DNA from: Negaprion brevirostris
Taxonomy: Eukaryota
Length of the DNA: 64,000 nt
Assembly: GCA_030324005.1 (NCBI GenBank)
Contig: JARDVH010000084.1
Coordinates: forward strand, 39,142,465-39,206,464
Direction: 5' to 3'
Of this stretch, positions 23,901 to 36,759 are shown piece by piece. How positions within the stretch are numbered: the first letter of the stretch is position 1; each line of letters opens with the position of its first letter. The notes under the pieces are model-generated. The model did no database searches. It saw only the letters and a list, made by a program, of their open reading frames with translations, and was not told the origin of the DNA. The translations under genes and the position numbers were made by a program.

Positions 23901-24845
23901 CAGAGTCATTAAAAGGGTTGTATCCCAAGCGAAACACGGCTGCAGGTTAGGTTCAAACAACTGGCATTTCTCTGCCACACTGTCAGGAAGAAAACAGTCT
24001 TCTCAGATAATAAAATGCAAAAAATCCATATCGGAATGCTGTGTTCTGTCACTTGTATCACACAGGTGGCTGTAAGTATTGCCTGCATGGTCTTCTCCAC
24101 TATGCCTTCAATATCCTTCCCCTCAAAGCACATGAACGGTGTGTTATGCATTTAAAGTGGTTACACCTTCACTGGTATAACATCATGTGACCTGTAGTGA
24201 CATAAGCAGAGGAATTTGAAGCTTCTGAGGTTCTGCCATCTTGGACCTGGAACAAGTGAAACCACATGGTTGACAGTAAGACTTCTTCAAAGCATGATGG
24301 GAAAACAGCCAACTACACAAACATCAGAACTATAAAAAACTGAGTTTGAGGTTCAGTGTACAGCAAGAAAAAACATGAGAAGTGAAGACAGGCAGTTGAA
24401 TGACGAATGTCCCTGCAATAAGGGTCATTTGACCTTTATGGTTGCAAAGGTTACTATTGATAGGTAACAATGGAATAGATGTCCTGTTTTTATGACCCTT
24501 GGACAAATGATCTCAACACTGGGAGAGTCTTGGACAAACAAGCATTTTGGAGCAGAAGTAGTATAAAGGTGGAAGTCTCAAGGTATCACCAGTGACAACC
24601 CGGCCAGGCCATCACAAAGGAAGATGCTGACCTCATAACTCAGAGAAGACTACAGCTCAGCGGAACATGACCAATTCATCATACATGGATAGTATTTTAA
24701 ATCCAAAAAGGGTCTCGTGACCTGTCATAAAGAAACGCTAGAGTACTGAGTTAAACATATGATCTTTAAGAAGGAATGTATATTGAGTTTTTGTATGTCT
24801 TGTGTCTTCAAGTATTACGAATGAATTGAACCAGCTTACAGTCTG

Positions 24846-25123
24846 ATGCGCAGGTTAGGTTGATTAGCCATGCTAAAGTGACCCTAGTATCAGAGGGATT
24901 AGCAGGGTAAATGTGTGGGTTTACAGGAATAGGGTCTGGATGGGATTGTGGTCAGTACAGGCTCGATGGGCTGCATGGCCTCATTCTGTACTGCAGGGAT
25001 TCTATGATACTCTGGTGTCTTTTTCTGATATGAGAATTAGAAAATAAACAATTGACATCTAAAGACATCCAAAGATGTGCAAGTTAAGTGGATTGGACTT
25101 GCTAAATTGCCCATTAGTGTTCC
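24846..25123 (+). mobile_element. Partial V-SINE copies with CR1-type tail
   Basis: gatgcgcaggttagg...gcctcattctgtactgcagggattctatga, plus a second short piece at 25069-25123. Confidence 0.7.
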
Positions 25124-25301
25124 AAGAACAAATTGCCTCTTGGTGTCAAGTGAACAGGAGTACTTGAACAATTTGCAAGCTATATTGGAACATCTGCAAA
25201 AATATAATCTCCGGGTCATAAAAAAAGTGTGACTCTTTCATTTTTCCCACGGGTCACATCATTAATAAAGATGGTTTGCATAAAGTACTCAAAAAGATGA
25301 T

Positions 25302-26233
25302 GGGCAGGATTCTCCCAAAAAATTCTAAGTGCCGAATTTGCTTAAAAACTGGAATAAATCTCGCTAGTTTTTTTTTCGCAGGAGTTTCAAAATGAATCTC
25401 CCACACTCTTAAACGTCACATAATGCCCTAGCATGAATTACTCCAAAAATCAGAGGGCAGGTCTATCTCCGCTGCAGAGGCCAGCAGCACATCACTGAAG
25501 CAGAAAGCACACTGGAAATGTGAACATTATCTGGGGTAAATTGGAGTTTTGAGTTGCGTTCAGGGGCAAAAAAGGATCACATTAAAAATATCATGCTTAT
25601 GACTGTCAAAGTCAGAGCGGAGATCGGCGAATGCATAGTAATCATGCATTGCCGGCCTCTAGATTGCCGGTCAGCACAGGAACCCCTCATCATTTCCCCA
25701 CTAATCCCCTAGCCTANNNNNNNNNNNNNNNNNNNNNNNNNNNNNNNNNNNNNNNNNNNNNNNNNNNNNNNNNNNNNNNNNNNNNNNNNNNNNNNNNNNN
25801 NNNNNNNNNNNNNNNNNNNNNNNNNNNNNNNNNNNNNNNNNNNNNNNNNNNNNNNNNNNNNNNNNNNNNNNNNNNNNNNNNNNNNNNNNNNNNNNNNNNN
25901 NNNNNNNNNNNNNNNNNNNNNNNNNNNNNNNNNNNNNNNNNNNNNNNNNNNNNNNNNNNNNNNNNNNNNNNNNNNNNNNNNNNNNNNNNNNNNNNNNNNN
26001 NNNNNNNNNNNNNNNNNNNNNNNNNNNNNNNNNNNNNNNNNNNNNNNNNNNNNNNNNNNNNNNNNNNNNNNNNNNNNNCCACCACCCCACCCCCCCACAC
26101 TCCTGGCAGGGGAGGGAGGGAGTGAGTGGCTAATGGGCCAGAGACTTCAGTATTGGACCAACTAATGATATTAAAATTGTGATTTAAATATTTTAATCAG
26201 TTAATATAGCATAGCAGCTGGGAGAATCGCCTC
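25302..26233. mobile_element. Non-autonomous DNA transposon (MITE, probably Harbinger-type) inserted in the Gypsy RT
   Basis: Ends gggcaggattctccc and gggagaatcgcc are inverted. The Gypsy RT reading frame rejoins across it (KKM | TAIL). Confidence 0.6.
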
Positions 26234-27223
26234 AACAGCGATTTTAGAAACATATCCTCAAAATGTGACGCAACTGAGATAATTTCTCAGATTAATGAAC
26301 TATTATGGTAAATTTGTTCCAAGCTTAGCAACACTATGAACATCAATAAACACTTTGCTACGTACCAAACAGGCATGGCACTGGACAAAATAATGCGAAA
26401 CAGCAAATAAAGAGGTCAAAAAATTCTTGAAGTAGTCAGAGCAATTAGTCTACTTCAAGCCCAAACTGAAGTTACAACTTGCTTGCGGTTCTTCCCTTCA
26501 CAAACTTTTACTAGCACAGAAACAAGTTATGGCTCAGCTGGAAAAAGCAGCTTTGGAGGGAGAAGATTCCATCACCACCTTCATGGGTGTTATTTTACAC
26601 TTTTGACAGATCACCTGCCTTTTGACAACAACAGTCCACTATATAAAGGTATTCCTTCTTTAGCAGATCATAGGGTACAGAGATGGTCTTTGATATTATC
26701 CGCACACACCTATGATAGTAAATATTGTCAATCAGAGCAACATGCAAACACTGCTGTTTTGTCAAGATTGCTAATACAAATCAAGCAAGAANNNNNNNNN
26801 NNNNNNNNNNNNNNNNNACCTTTCTTACAAGCGAATAGTGTACCTGTGACTTCATCTCAACTTCAGAGACACAGAAGAACTGATCCAGTGATGAGGAACG
26901 TTATGAAAGGAACGATGACAGAAGGACAGTGTAAAAACCCAAATCTCAAGCCTTACATCAGAAGACGACTTGAGTTGACAGTCCAGAGTGGTATTTTGTT
27001 ATGGGGAACCGAGTGAATATTCCTCCTTGCTTGCGTAGAAAAATCCTTGCACAGCTGCACAAGGGACATCCAGTTGTGGTGAGAATGAAGGAACTGACAC
27101 TTAGGTATTTCTGGGGGCCAGGATTAGATGCACAAATCAAAGAGAATGTGGGGCAATGTCAGTCCTATGCAAAGCTAGGAAACACTTCACCGCTACAATC
27201 CTGACATCAACGGGAATGGCTGA

Positions 27224-27321
27224 AACACAGTAAGAAGTCTCAGAACACTAGGTTAAAGTCCAACAGGTTTATTTGGTAGAAAACGCCACAAGCCTTCGGG
27301 GCTCTGCCCCTTCGTCAGGTG
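27224..27321 (-). mobile_element. Penelope terminal fragment with a near-intact hammerhead motif
   Basis: Same family as 3835-4042. Minus strand reads CAC-CUGACGA-A-GGGGC-AGA-GCCCC-GAAG-GCUU-GUG. Confidence 0.7.
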
Positions 27322-27617
27322 CTTTTGAAGAGATAAGAGCAAAATTTGATCTTCTCATACCATCTGATACTTCANNNNNNNNNNNNNNNNNNNNNNNNNN
27401 NNNNNNNNNNNNNNNNNNNNNNNNNNNNNNNNNNNNNNNNNNNNNNNNNNNNNNNNNNNNNNNNNNNNNNNNNNCATACCATCTGATACTTCAGAGATTA
27501 TTGAATGACAACAAAAAGCACAGGCTTCTGGAAAGGACCAGAACTCTAAAAAGGAGAACAAGTACAAACACTACCAATGGAAAATGGCTACCCGCCAATT
27601 TCATAGGAAAAACAAGT

Positions 27618-29475
27618 CAAAGACAAAGACAAAGACAAAGAACAGTACAGCACAGAAACAGGCCCTTCAGCCCACAAAGCCTGAGCCAACACATGACCCC
27701 TTTCTAAACTAAAGACCTTTTGCTTCTATGCAGTCCGTATTCCTCTATTACCTGCCTATTCATGTATCTGTAAAGATGCCTTTTAAATGTTAATACCATA
27801 TTTGTTTCTACTACCCCCTTTGGTAGCACACTCTAAGCACTTGCCATCCTCTGCGTAAAAGACTTGCCTCTCACATCTCCTTTCAATTCTCCCAATTTTA
27901 CCTTCAACCTATGTCCCTTAGTAAATGATATTTCTACCCTGGGAAAAAGACTCTGACTGTCCATTAAATCCATGCCTCATAATTTTATAAACTTCTATTA
28001 GGTTGCCCCTCAGCCTCTGATTTTCAAGTGAAAACAACCACGTTTGTCCAAACTCTCCTCATAGCTAAAACATTCTAAACCAGGCAATATCCTGGTAAAT
28101 CTTTTCTGCATCTCTCCAAAGCCTCCACATTCAGCTGGTAGTGTGGCGACCAAACTGTATGCAGTATTCCAAACATGGCCTCACTAAAGTTCTATCCATT
28201 TATGGCATGACTTGCCAATTTTTATACTCTATGCCCCAACTGATGAAGACAAGCATAGCATCATTTTCTGACCACCTTATCCACTTGTGTTGCCACTTTC
28301 AGGGAACTGTGGACCAGTACGCCTCAATACCCCTGTATGTTAATGCTTCTTAGAATTCTGCCATTTCCTGTGCACTTCCCTCCTGCATTAGCCCTTCTAA
28401 AATGCATCACTTTGTATTTTACGGGATTAAATCCCATTTGCCATTTCTCCACCCAAGTCTCCAACTTATCTATATCCTGCTGCATTGTGTGGTGATCCTC
28501 CTCACTATCCGCAGCTCCCCCAATCTTTGTGCCATTCGCAAATTTACTAATCAGACCACCTACATTCTCCTCCAAAGCATTTTTTAATATATATATTGTA
28601 AACAACAGGGTCCTAGTGCTGATCCCTGCAAAACACCACTGTTCATAAATCTCCAGTCAGAATCTCCAACATTATTCGCTATCTTCTATGATCAAGCCAG
28701 ATTGGTAACCATTTTACCAGCTCACTGCAGATCCCCTGGGACTTTACCTTCTGTATCAAGAGGTCCCTTGTCAAAGGCCTTGCTAAAGCCCATGTAGACA
28801 ACAACCACCACCACCCTGCCTTCATCAATCATCTTTGTCACTTCCTCAGAAATCTCATTCAAGTTTGTGAGACATGGCCATCCCAGCACAAAGCCATGCT
28901 GCATATCGCTAACAAATCCATATTTTTCTAAATGTAAATTTCTGTCCCTAAGAATCTCCTCCAACAATTTCCATACCACTGACATAAAGCTTGCTGGACT
29001 GTACTTTTCTGGATTATCCCTGTTGCCATTCTTAAACAAGGGAACAACATTGGCTATTCTCCAGTCCCCTGGGACCTCTCCTATTGCTAATGAGATACAA
29101 AGATTTTGTATAAGGCGTCAACAATTTTCTCCCTCATCTTCCTCAGTATTCTGAGATAGACCCCATCAGATCCTGGAGGTTGTCTACCTCAATGTCTTTC
29201 AAAGTACCTTACACCTTTTTATATTGACATGTCCTAGAATATCAACACACTCTTCTCTAGGCCCACCATCCACCATGTCCTTCTCCCTTGTGAATACCGA
29301 TGCAAAGTATTCCCTAGGACTTCACCCTTCCTCCAGCTCTATGCATAAATTTCTTCCTTTGTCCTCGAGTGGACTTACCCTTTTCCTAGCTACCCTCTTG
29401 TTCCTTATATGTGTATAAAACATCATGGGATTTTCCTTAATCCTGTTTGCCAAGGTCATTTCATGGGCATTTTTA
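27618..29475 (-). mobile_element. CR1 LINE ORF2 (RT) and 3' tail, 5'-truncated and frameshifted
   Basis: FKNGNRDNPEKYSPAS..VVWKLLEEILRD, QHGFV, VYMGFSKAFDK, LISKFANGTKIGG, WQMGFN; (caaaga)n tail. Confidence 0.9.
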
Positions 29476-30439
29476 GGTCCAATATCTTACACTGCACAGG
29501 CGAATAATGAGAGAGTTTGGCAACATCATAGTGACCAGATACTTCCCTCACTAAGTGAAATCATTGATGCTTCACAATAAGTACTGACATTGGAAATGCT
29601 AAGTTAGTCTAGACAAATCCAGATTCTGTTTCTGAAGAATCTTCAATACCAATAGAAACTGACACTGAAATAGTTTCACATGAGGAATTACCAACTGAAG
29701 AAAAACAGGACACTTCAAGGGTCTCAAGTAGCTAAATTCCAATTGAATTCGGTACAATGCAAAAGAAAGACATCCACCTAAGAGAATGTCTTATTAATTG
29801 TTTACGTGGGAAATCATATTTAATTCAGTCTGTTGGTAAAACATTAAGAAAGATTGTCGCTTGCAGACAAAAGAAGTAAAACAGGAGGTATATTATGTAT
29901 TTAAAGTTGTTGCATCTCTGCTGGTATAACATTTTGTGGCCTGGAGTGATATAAGCCGAGGGATTTGGAGGCTTTTGAGGCTCTTCCATCTTTAACCTGG
30001 AAAAAGCAACATCTCCAAAATAAACCTGTATTGCACTGACTTAAACACACAAGTAAAGCACCTCATTATTTCTCTCTTTGTCGTAATTCCTGATCAATGC
30101 ATAATGCAATGAAATTATATAAGGGAAAGTCATTATTTCTGTAAAAAGAACTCTTAGGTTTGCTGAAAATTTAAGCAAATACCTTTTGGCATAAAAATTT
30201 TGCAGCTGTTCTATGCTGCAAGTCACTCTGAACCAGAAGCCCATTGTACGACCATGACCAGTTAGGAAGAATATGAGAGCTAAACAGAGACACAGGGGAG
30301 AAAAGGCTGGGAGTTTGTGATGACAGAGAAAGAGAAAGCAAGGATAAAACATAGACATGCACAACTTCCGGGATTCGTTTTGGCTATTATTGGCCATGGA
30401 AGAAATTCCTACCCATGAGAACATGATTCTTCCCGCTTA

Positions 30440-30805
30440 GAAAGGATAGCAGGACTAGAGGGCACAGCTGGCAGCACAGCAGTTTAGATCAGAGTTGAGA
30501 AGGAACTTCTTCACTCAAAGGGTGGTGAATCTCTGGAATTCTCTGCCCGTTGAAGTGGTGGAGGCTACCTCGCTAAANNNNNNNNNNNNNNNNNNNNNNN
30601 NNNNNNNNNNNNNNNNNNNNNNNNNNNNNNNNNNNNNNNNNNNNNNNNNNNNNNNNNNNNNNNNNNNNNNNNNNNNNAAGGGTTATGGGGAGAAAGCGGG
30701 AAAGTGGAACTGATCCACTTCAGATCAGCCATGATCTTACTGAATGGTGGGGCAAGCTCGAAGGGCTAGATGGCCTACTCCTGCTCCTATTTCTTATGTT
30801 CTTAT
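30440..30805 (+). mobile_element. CR1 LINE 3' end
   Basis: RRNFFTQRVVNLWNSLP and (ttcttatg)n tail. Confidence 0.85.
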
Positions 30806-31436
30806 GGTTATAAATTGTAAAAATATTACATTACTTCAGAATTTTTAACATTGTGCACAAACAAAATTGTTCTGGCCAGTCCTGTAGCATCCATAATTCA
30901 GTTAAATTTATTTCAATAGGATACATATGGTAAGAATAGCATGTTTTAGAGGAGCTGGTGTTTTTGAACACATGATTCCGAGAACTTTTCGTCACTAGAA
31001 GATTTCCTCATCTTATGTCTGGGTCTAATGTATGACAATTGATCGCAACAATTCCATCATCATTGTATCATACAATTACTACAATGCATGAAGGAGACCT
31101 AGATGAATCACAGTCTTGATTCATTAAGCAACTTCCATGTTCCTAGGGTACTATCCAGTATTCTTCTGGCAAAGTGGAATATCAAAGTAGTTACTGTCCA
31201 AGGTACAGGGAGAATTATAACTTAGAAAAGAAATAGATTTAAAATAAGAGCACCACGCTTCTCCATAAAGGAAGCAAAGTTGCAGGAGGATGTGGCTCAT
31301 GTGCTTCTAATTACTATACTGCATGTTTATGGATTGGGATGAATCAACTTACTGACACTGAGTACTTATCAATTTTTCAAAAACACTTAGTTGTGATATT
31401 GCAAGTGCATGTTACACTTAATAACATTATTCTTAC

Positions 31437-31775
31437 CTCGCTTGCATTATTGTCTTGCAATAATTGTGAAGCATTAAGTATTTGATCATCAGCTGTTTTT
31501 ATGTTTGTTGGGATTGTCAGCTCAGAATATTCCAATTGATCGTTTATATGTTGCTTGTCAACATTTTCATAAATTAGCTGTTCTAGCTCATTCTCATCAT
31601 CCACCAACATTTCCCGCTCTTCATTTCCCTGGCTCCACTGATCTCTTGCAAACCTCTCTGTTGGCCCAAATTTAGCTTCACTGCCAGCCCTGCTGGGACA
31701 TAAATCCAACAACTCTAAATGCGGCTCAGGTTCATCAACTAGTTCTTCTTCGGAAAATGAAGCATCTTCAAATTC
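31437..31775 (-). CDS. PATJ: PATJ-like acidic linker exon (EFEDASFSEEELVDEPEPHLE...GNEEREMLVDDENELEQ...LLQDNNASE)
   Basis: ccaatag|GAA acceptor, GAG|gtaaga donor; 339 nt, phase 0/0. EELVDEP and EEREMLVDDENEL match recalled human PATJ EELVDEP and EEREILVDEEYEL. Confidence 0.88.
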
Positions 31776-31859
31776 CTATTGGAAGTAACAAAAAAAAGCG
31801 AAGTTAGAGTTCATTTATAATGTAACAAAACACTTATCTGTTTCCCATCCTTCTCCAAC

Positions 31860-32406
31860 TTAAATTCAGGAGCCCACCTGCAAAAAAAACCATTTGCCCC
31901 GCAACCATTTAATACTCAGCAAGGCATTTACTGGCTCAGGGCAAGACTTTTGCCCCCAACTTGGAAGGAAGTCTCACCTTAGAGAGCTTTCTAATCTGAT
32001 TGGCCAGCCGCTCTGTAGTCCCAGCAGCACCAGATTCAAGTGGTGACAACCGTTAGGTCCACAGCCAATCCTCACAGAAGAGGAGGCCAGACTGAAGTTC
32101 AGTCTGTTTTATCTCTGGGTCCAGGCTGGTAGGCCTCGCCGAGGAGGCGGTGGGGAGAAGGGCCATATATGAGAGACAGTGTGGTGGGAGGGAGAATCAA
32201 TGGGGTGGATATGATCTTGACGGGATAGGCTGCTTCCGATGAGCACAGGAGACCACAAAAGTGGTCTCCCCATCGATACCCAACATCAGGTTGCCCACTA
32301 AAAGCTGCTGGGTGCTCTGCTTGGCATGGACCTTCCTCAGAAGAAAGGATAGACTGTAGGATGCTGCATTCAAGCGCACCAGCAGCGTAGCATAAAATCC
32401 AGCCCT
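31860..32406. mobile_element. GC-richer non-autonomous DNA element remnant
   Basis: Ends in cataaaatccagccc, a MITE-type terminus; compositional shift from flanks. Confidence 0.35.
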
Positions 32407-33434
32407 TAATTTAGCCATTAGTACAATAATTTCACAATAATTTTGAATGTCAAAAACTATTTTAGCCAAAGTTTGATAAGGAAACATACTATTTATCTGA
32501 ATTCTAAGCGTAATTTTGCCACACATTTTATATGCTGTGCCATATTTTCTCCTTTACATTTGAAATATTAAAAAGATTTGATGCCATTAAGAAATCCATG
32601 TCATCCCTAATGATGAGTGGGCACTGTGAAAAGATCTATTTGTTGCAAGCATTATCAGTTTCTATTTTATTAAAGCACATAATTCAGACAACCATATTGT
32701 ACATGCAAGTGCTGAATTTCACAAATCTTTTTCAATAGGAAAAAATGAAACCAACACGGTACATATCAACAGAAGCTTCAAACAGTGAATACTAAGTTAA
32801 CTCTAAATCAGCTGTCATAGTGCATATATTACATTGATGCTCTGGAGCATGCTTATAACTCATGGCTGGTCTGACCTGAATTGTGACTTCAGTCATTAGT
32901 TATAAAGACCTTACTTTTTTCACAACAGAGGGTGCCAGTTGTTATTTAAATAATAATGTTAAATTGCATGCAGGCAATTGCATTAACTGGGGCATTAGCT
33001 GGGGATTCACTCGTGCGCTTATGAATAGAAACAAACTAAAACTGTGATAACTAGATTAGAAGCCACATGGTTCTAAATGTATATCTTTAAATAAAAAAGT
33101 ACATAAAGGCTGACTCCAACTCTATCCTTCACTACTTGACTTTCTGGAGTACAACACCAGTGATGTGGAGTAGGTCTGTTAATGTCTCGCAAGGAGAGAA
33201 CAATGCTGACCATTTTGGTGTAGACTATTCAACAAAACAGTTCCAACAGGAATTTGTGATAAGGATGGCAGTCTATTGTTCCTCTTCATGCATATCAGCA
33301 TTCTTTTTTACATTTCAGATCACATGCATCTGCAGAATCTTTCTCTTTCATGAATTTCTCCTATTTTCTTGCCTTATTCTCATGCAGATTTTTCCCATGT
33401 TTTTTTCATTACTTTGGCAAGATGAATAATCTTT

Positions 33435-34535
33435 ATACATAGGAACATGAGAAATAGAAGCACCAGTANNNNNNNNNNACCAGTATGTCATTTGGCCCCT
33501 GGAGCCTCTATCAATAAGATAATGGCTGACAGATTGTGACATGAACTCAATTTTACTGCCTGCCCTTCAAACTGTTGTCTCCCTCGCGATCCAAAATTTC
33601 GTCCAATTCAGTCTTAAATATATTCAGTAATAATATGCCCAGCGTCCATTGTTCTCTGGGATAGAGAATTACAAAGATTTACCCTGTGGGAAAAGATTTT
33701 CCTCATTCCCTTCATCTTAAAAGGGAGAGCTTGTATTTTGAACCTGCATTCTAGTTCTAGATTCCTCCGCCGGGGAATCCTCTCAGCTTCTAACCATTCA
33801 AGCCCCTTCAGAATCTTACATGTTTCAACAGATCACCTCTCATCCTCTGAACCCAAATGAACATGACCCCAACCTGTTCAACATTTTCTCAGAACACAAT
33901 CCCTTCATCCCAGAATCAACACATTTAACCTTTTCTGTACTGCCTCCAATGCAATACAGCATTAAATGAGGAGCCCAAACTGTATGCAGTACTCTAAATG
34001 CGATCTTGAGGGNNNNNNNNNNNNNNNNNNNNNNNNNNNNNNNNNNNNNNNNNNNNNNNNNNNNNNNNNNNNNNNNNNNNNNNNNNNNNNNNNNNNNNNN
34101 NNNNNNNNNNNNGAATGGCGGGGCAGGCTCGAAGGGCTGGATGGCCTACTCCTGCTCCTATTTCTTATGTTCTTATGTTCTTATGATCCCACCAAGGCCC
34201 TATACAGCTCGACTTCCCTACATTTAAACTCCATCCCCCTTGTATTCTACTTGCCTTCCTAATTATTTGCTGTACCTGCACGCTAATGCTTTGTGATTTA
34301 TCTACAATGACATCCAGATCCCTCCGTTGTCTCTCTCCATTTAAATAATATTTCTTTTCTATTCTCACTACAAACTGTTCCGCACCCCAATAGCCAACTA
34401 CATTTGTTTCCACATGATTCTCCATGTGTCAAGCTTTTGCCCACTAATTTAACCTATCTATATCCCTTTGCAGGCTCTTCGTATTCTCCTGAGTACTTGC
34501 CTTCCTATTTATTTTTGTCTTGTCAGCAAATTTAG
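33435..34535 (-). mobile_element. CR1 LINE 3' portion with a nested plus-strand CR1 tail (~34010-34185)
   Basis: CR1 RT C-terminal motifs. Insert gaatggcggggcaggctcgaagggc...(ttcttatg)n interrupts it. Confidence 0.75.
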
Positions 34536-34860
34536 CCGGAAGAAAAATGCACTGTGTTTGACTTATGTGGGGAGATTGTTACATTTGATATGAATTTATA
34601 TAATTAACTACATACTAAACAAGAATGATTCTTCTGAAACACTGCTCCCACCAAGCACCACCCATCCCATCCCCCGAACCCCTGCGTGCACAAATAGGTC
34701 AATTCTGTTCTTAAGTCTGTTAATTCTAGTGAGTGGCATTCACCACTGCTTTGTCCAAGGTGAAGTTCCTTCTGAAAAAGGTTCAGGTATATTTAAAATT
34801 CATGCAGGCAAATACACATATTATTAAAGTAATTTAAAATGCAAATATAGAAGCACTTAC

Positions 34861-34980
34861 ATGGGGTACTGGTAGATTTGAGGAATAATCTAAATCCAAT
34901 ATTTCTGAGTCATCCCTTTTATTCTCTGTGGTAGCAGTTATGCTAGTGAAATCTGAATTGTCATTTTCATTTGCTTCCGT
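34861..34980 (-). CDS. PATJ: PATJ-like linker exon (TEANENDNSDFTSITATTENKRDDSEILDLDYSSNLPVPH)
   Basis: ttttcttctcag| acceptor, CAT|gtaagt donor; 120 nt open frame, phase 0/0. Size and position fit the ~40 aa acidic segment that follows PDZ5 in human PATJ. Confidence 0.75.
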
Positions 34981-36759
34981 CTGAGAAGAAAATACTTGAT
35001 TGTAAATTAAGTGAGAGTCTTTCCTGCCTTCACTCCAACTTACACATGTTCACAAATACAGCAAAACAATCTAATCAAGCAATATTTATAATGAGATATG
35101 CATCGCCTCACAAAGGCTTCAACTTTGTCACTTTGTTGGGGTCAACATCTAAGCACCTCAGAAAGGTCCATGATTTTCGTACACATTCTGATGAATGCGA
35201 TTATTATATAATCTTTATAAATTAATGACATGCTTAGATTATGCATAAATTCAGATGTCTTAAGAAGTTCAAACCTCGTTATGATTGATTTCAACGCTTC
35301 ATTAAAACAGATCCTTATGGATGAAAGTAATTGCAGGAGTGAAATCATCTGACAGGTAGTGGGGCTGGGGGGAACGGTGAAGGTATATGAGACATTCCAA
35401 TAGGATTATGAATCTCAACTGACTTTATTTTTTAAAAAAAGGATTTTTTGACAACTTAGTGAATCAATACACAGCCTGGCAGTGAATTGAGGCATACACA
35501 ATTGCAAAGGTTGTATTTGAATCTCTATTTTGTACACAGTTAGTTGATTTTTATCGAAGGATAAGAGGAGCATTATCCTCATTCTCAACCAATAAAATGC
35601 AAAACATTTCTTGCCAGATTCTTGCTTCTGATCACTACACTGTGACTCTGATTGAAGAAGTGCATATGCACAGACAGATATAGTTTGCAGTCGTGTCCTC
35701 TATCTTTATTTAACCAATGTCACTGTCACACAGGAATTGAGCAAGATACAACAGAGTAAGACAGAATAATGTCAAGGAATAAAAACCTGTAAGATAATAT
35801 GCCTGTGCACATTCTTTGAAAGAGCTAAACTATCAGCTCCAATTTCCAGCTCTATTCCCACATTCTCACCTGCACTTTTTCCTTTCAAATACATATTCAA
35901 TACCCTGTCAAATTTTACTAAATCTGCTTCCACCATTTTTTCTCTCGGTACATTCCAACTCTTAATAATTTGCTTTGCAAACAAAAAATCATAACCTATC
36001 TGAATCTTTCTCAAATTACCTTGAATTTGTTTCCTTGAGTTACCCACCCTCGTGCCAATAAAAGTAGCATCTCACCATCTACTCATATCAAAACCCCTTG
36101 GAACACCTCAATAAATCTTCCCTTAACCGAATAATAAATCAGCTTGAAAGATAAAAATGATAGTTTTTCCAAATATTGCACATACTGAAGTCTTTGCCCT
36201 TGCTACAAGAATACAATGCTATTAGGGTTGGACTTCCAGGATTTTGACCCAGTGGCAATGGAGGAATGGCAATATATTTCTAAGTTAGGATGGTGAGTGA
36301 CTTAGAGGGAAACCACTAGGTGGTGGTGTTCCTGTGTGTCTGCTGTCCTTGTCCTTTTAGATAGTTGTGGTCATGGGATGGAGCATGCTGTCTGCCTCAG
36401 TGAGTTCCTGTGGTGTGCCTTGAGAATGGTACATACTGTTGGCCCTGTGCATCAGTGGTGGAGGGAGTGAATATTTGTGGATAGGATGCTAATTATGTGG
36501 GCTGCTAACCCCAAATAGTATCGAGCTTATTCAGTGTTGCTCGAGCCACACTCATCCAGGCAAGGGGAGAATATTCCATCACACTCTTCACTTGCGCACT
36601 GCACATTGTTGACAGGCTTTAGGGATTAGGACTGAGTTGCTCACTGCAGGATTCTTAGCCTCTGACCTGCTCTTGTAGCCATAGCATTTATATGACCAGT
36701 CCAGTCCAGTTTCTGGACAATGGCAACCCCAGAATGTGAACTCCAAGGTTTCTCAGTTT

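Larger units (their letters stand above)
24142..30045 (+). mobile_element. Degenerate Ty3/Gypsy LTR retrotransposon with both LTRs and nested insertions
   Basis: LTR pair ~24142-24265 and ~29891-30045 (ttatg.atttaaagt.gtt.ca...ctggtataacat...). RT (PQNVTQLR*FL.LMNYYGKFVPSLA), RNase H (FTLLTDH..RVQRWSLILSAH), integrase zinc finger (LHKGHPVVVRMK..YFWGPGLDAQI..VGQC). Confidence 0.8.

Noticed and set aside
25631-26125. ORFs of 128-164 aa
   Set aside because: Almost entirely N.
27355-27494. Direct repeat cataccatctgatacttca flanking a gap
   Set aside because: Likely an assembly overlap artefact; the same pattern occurs at 40760-40940.
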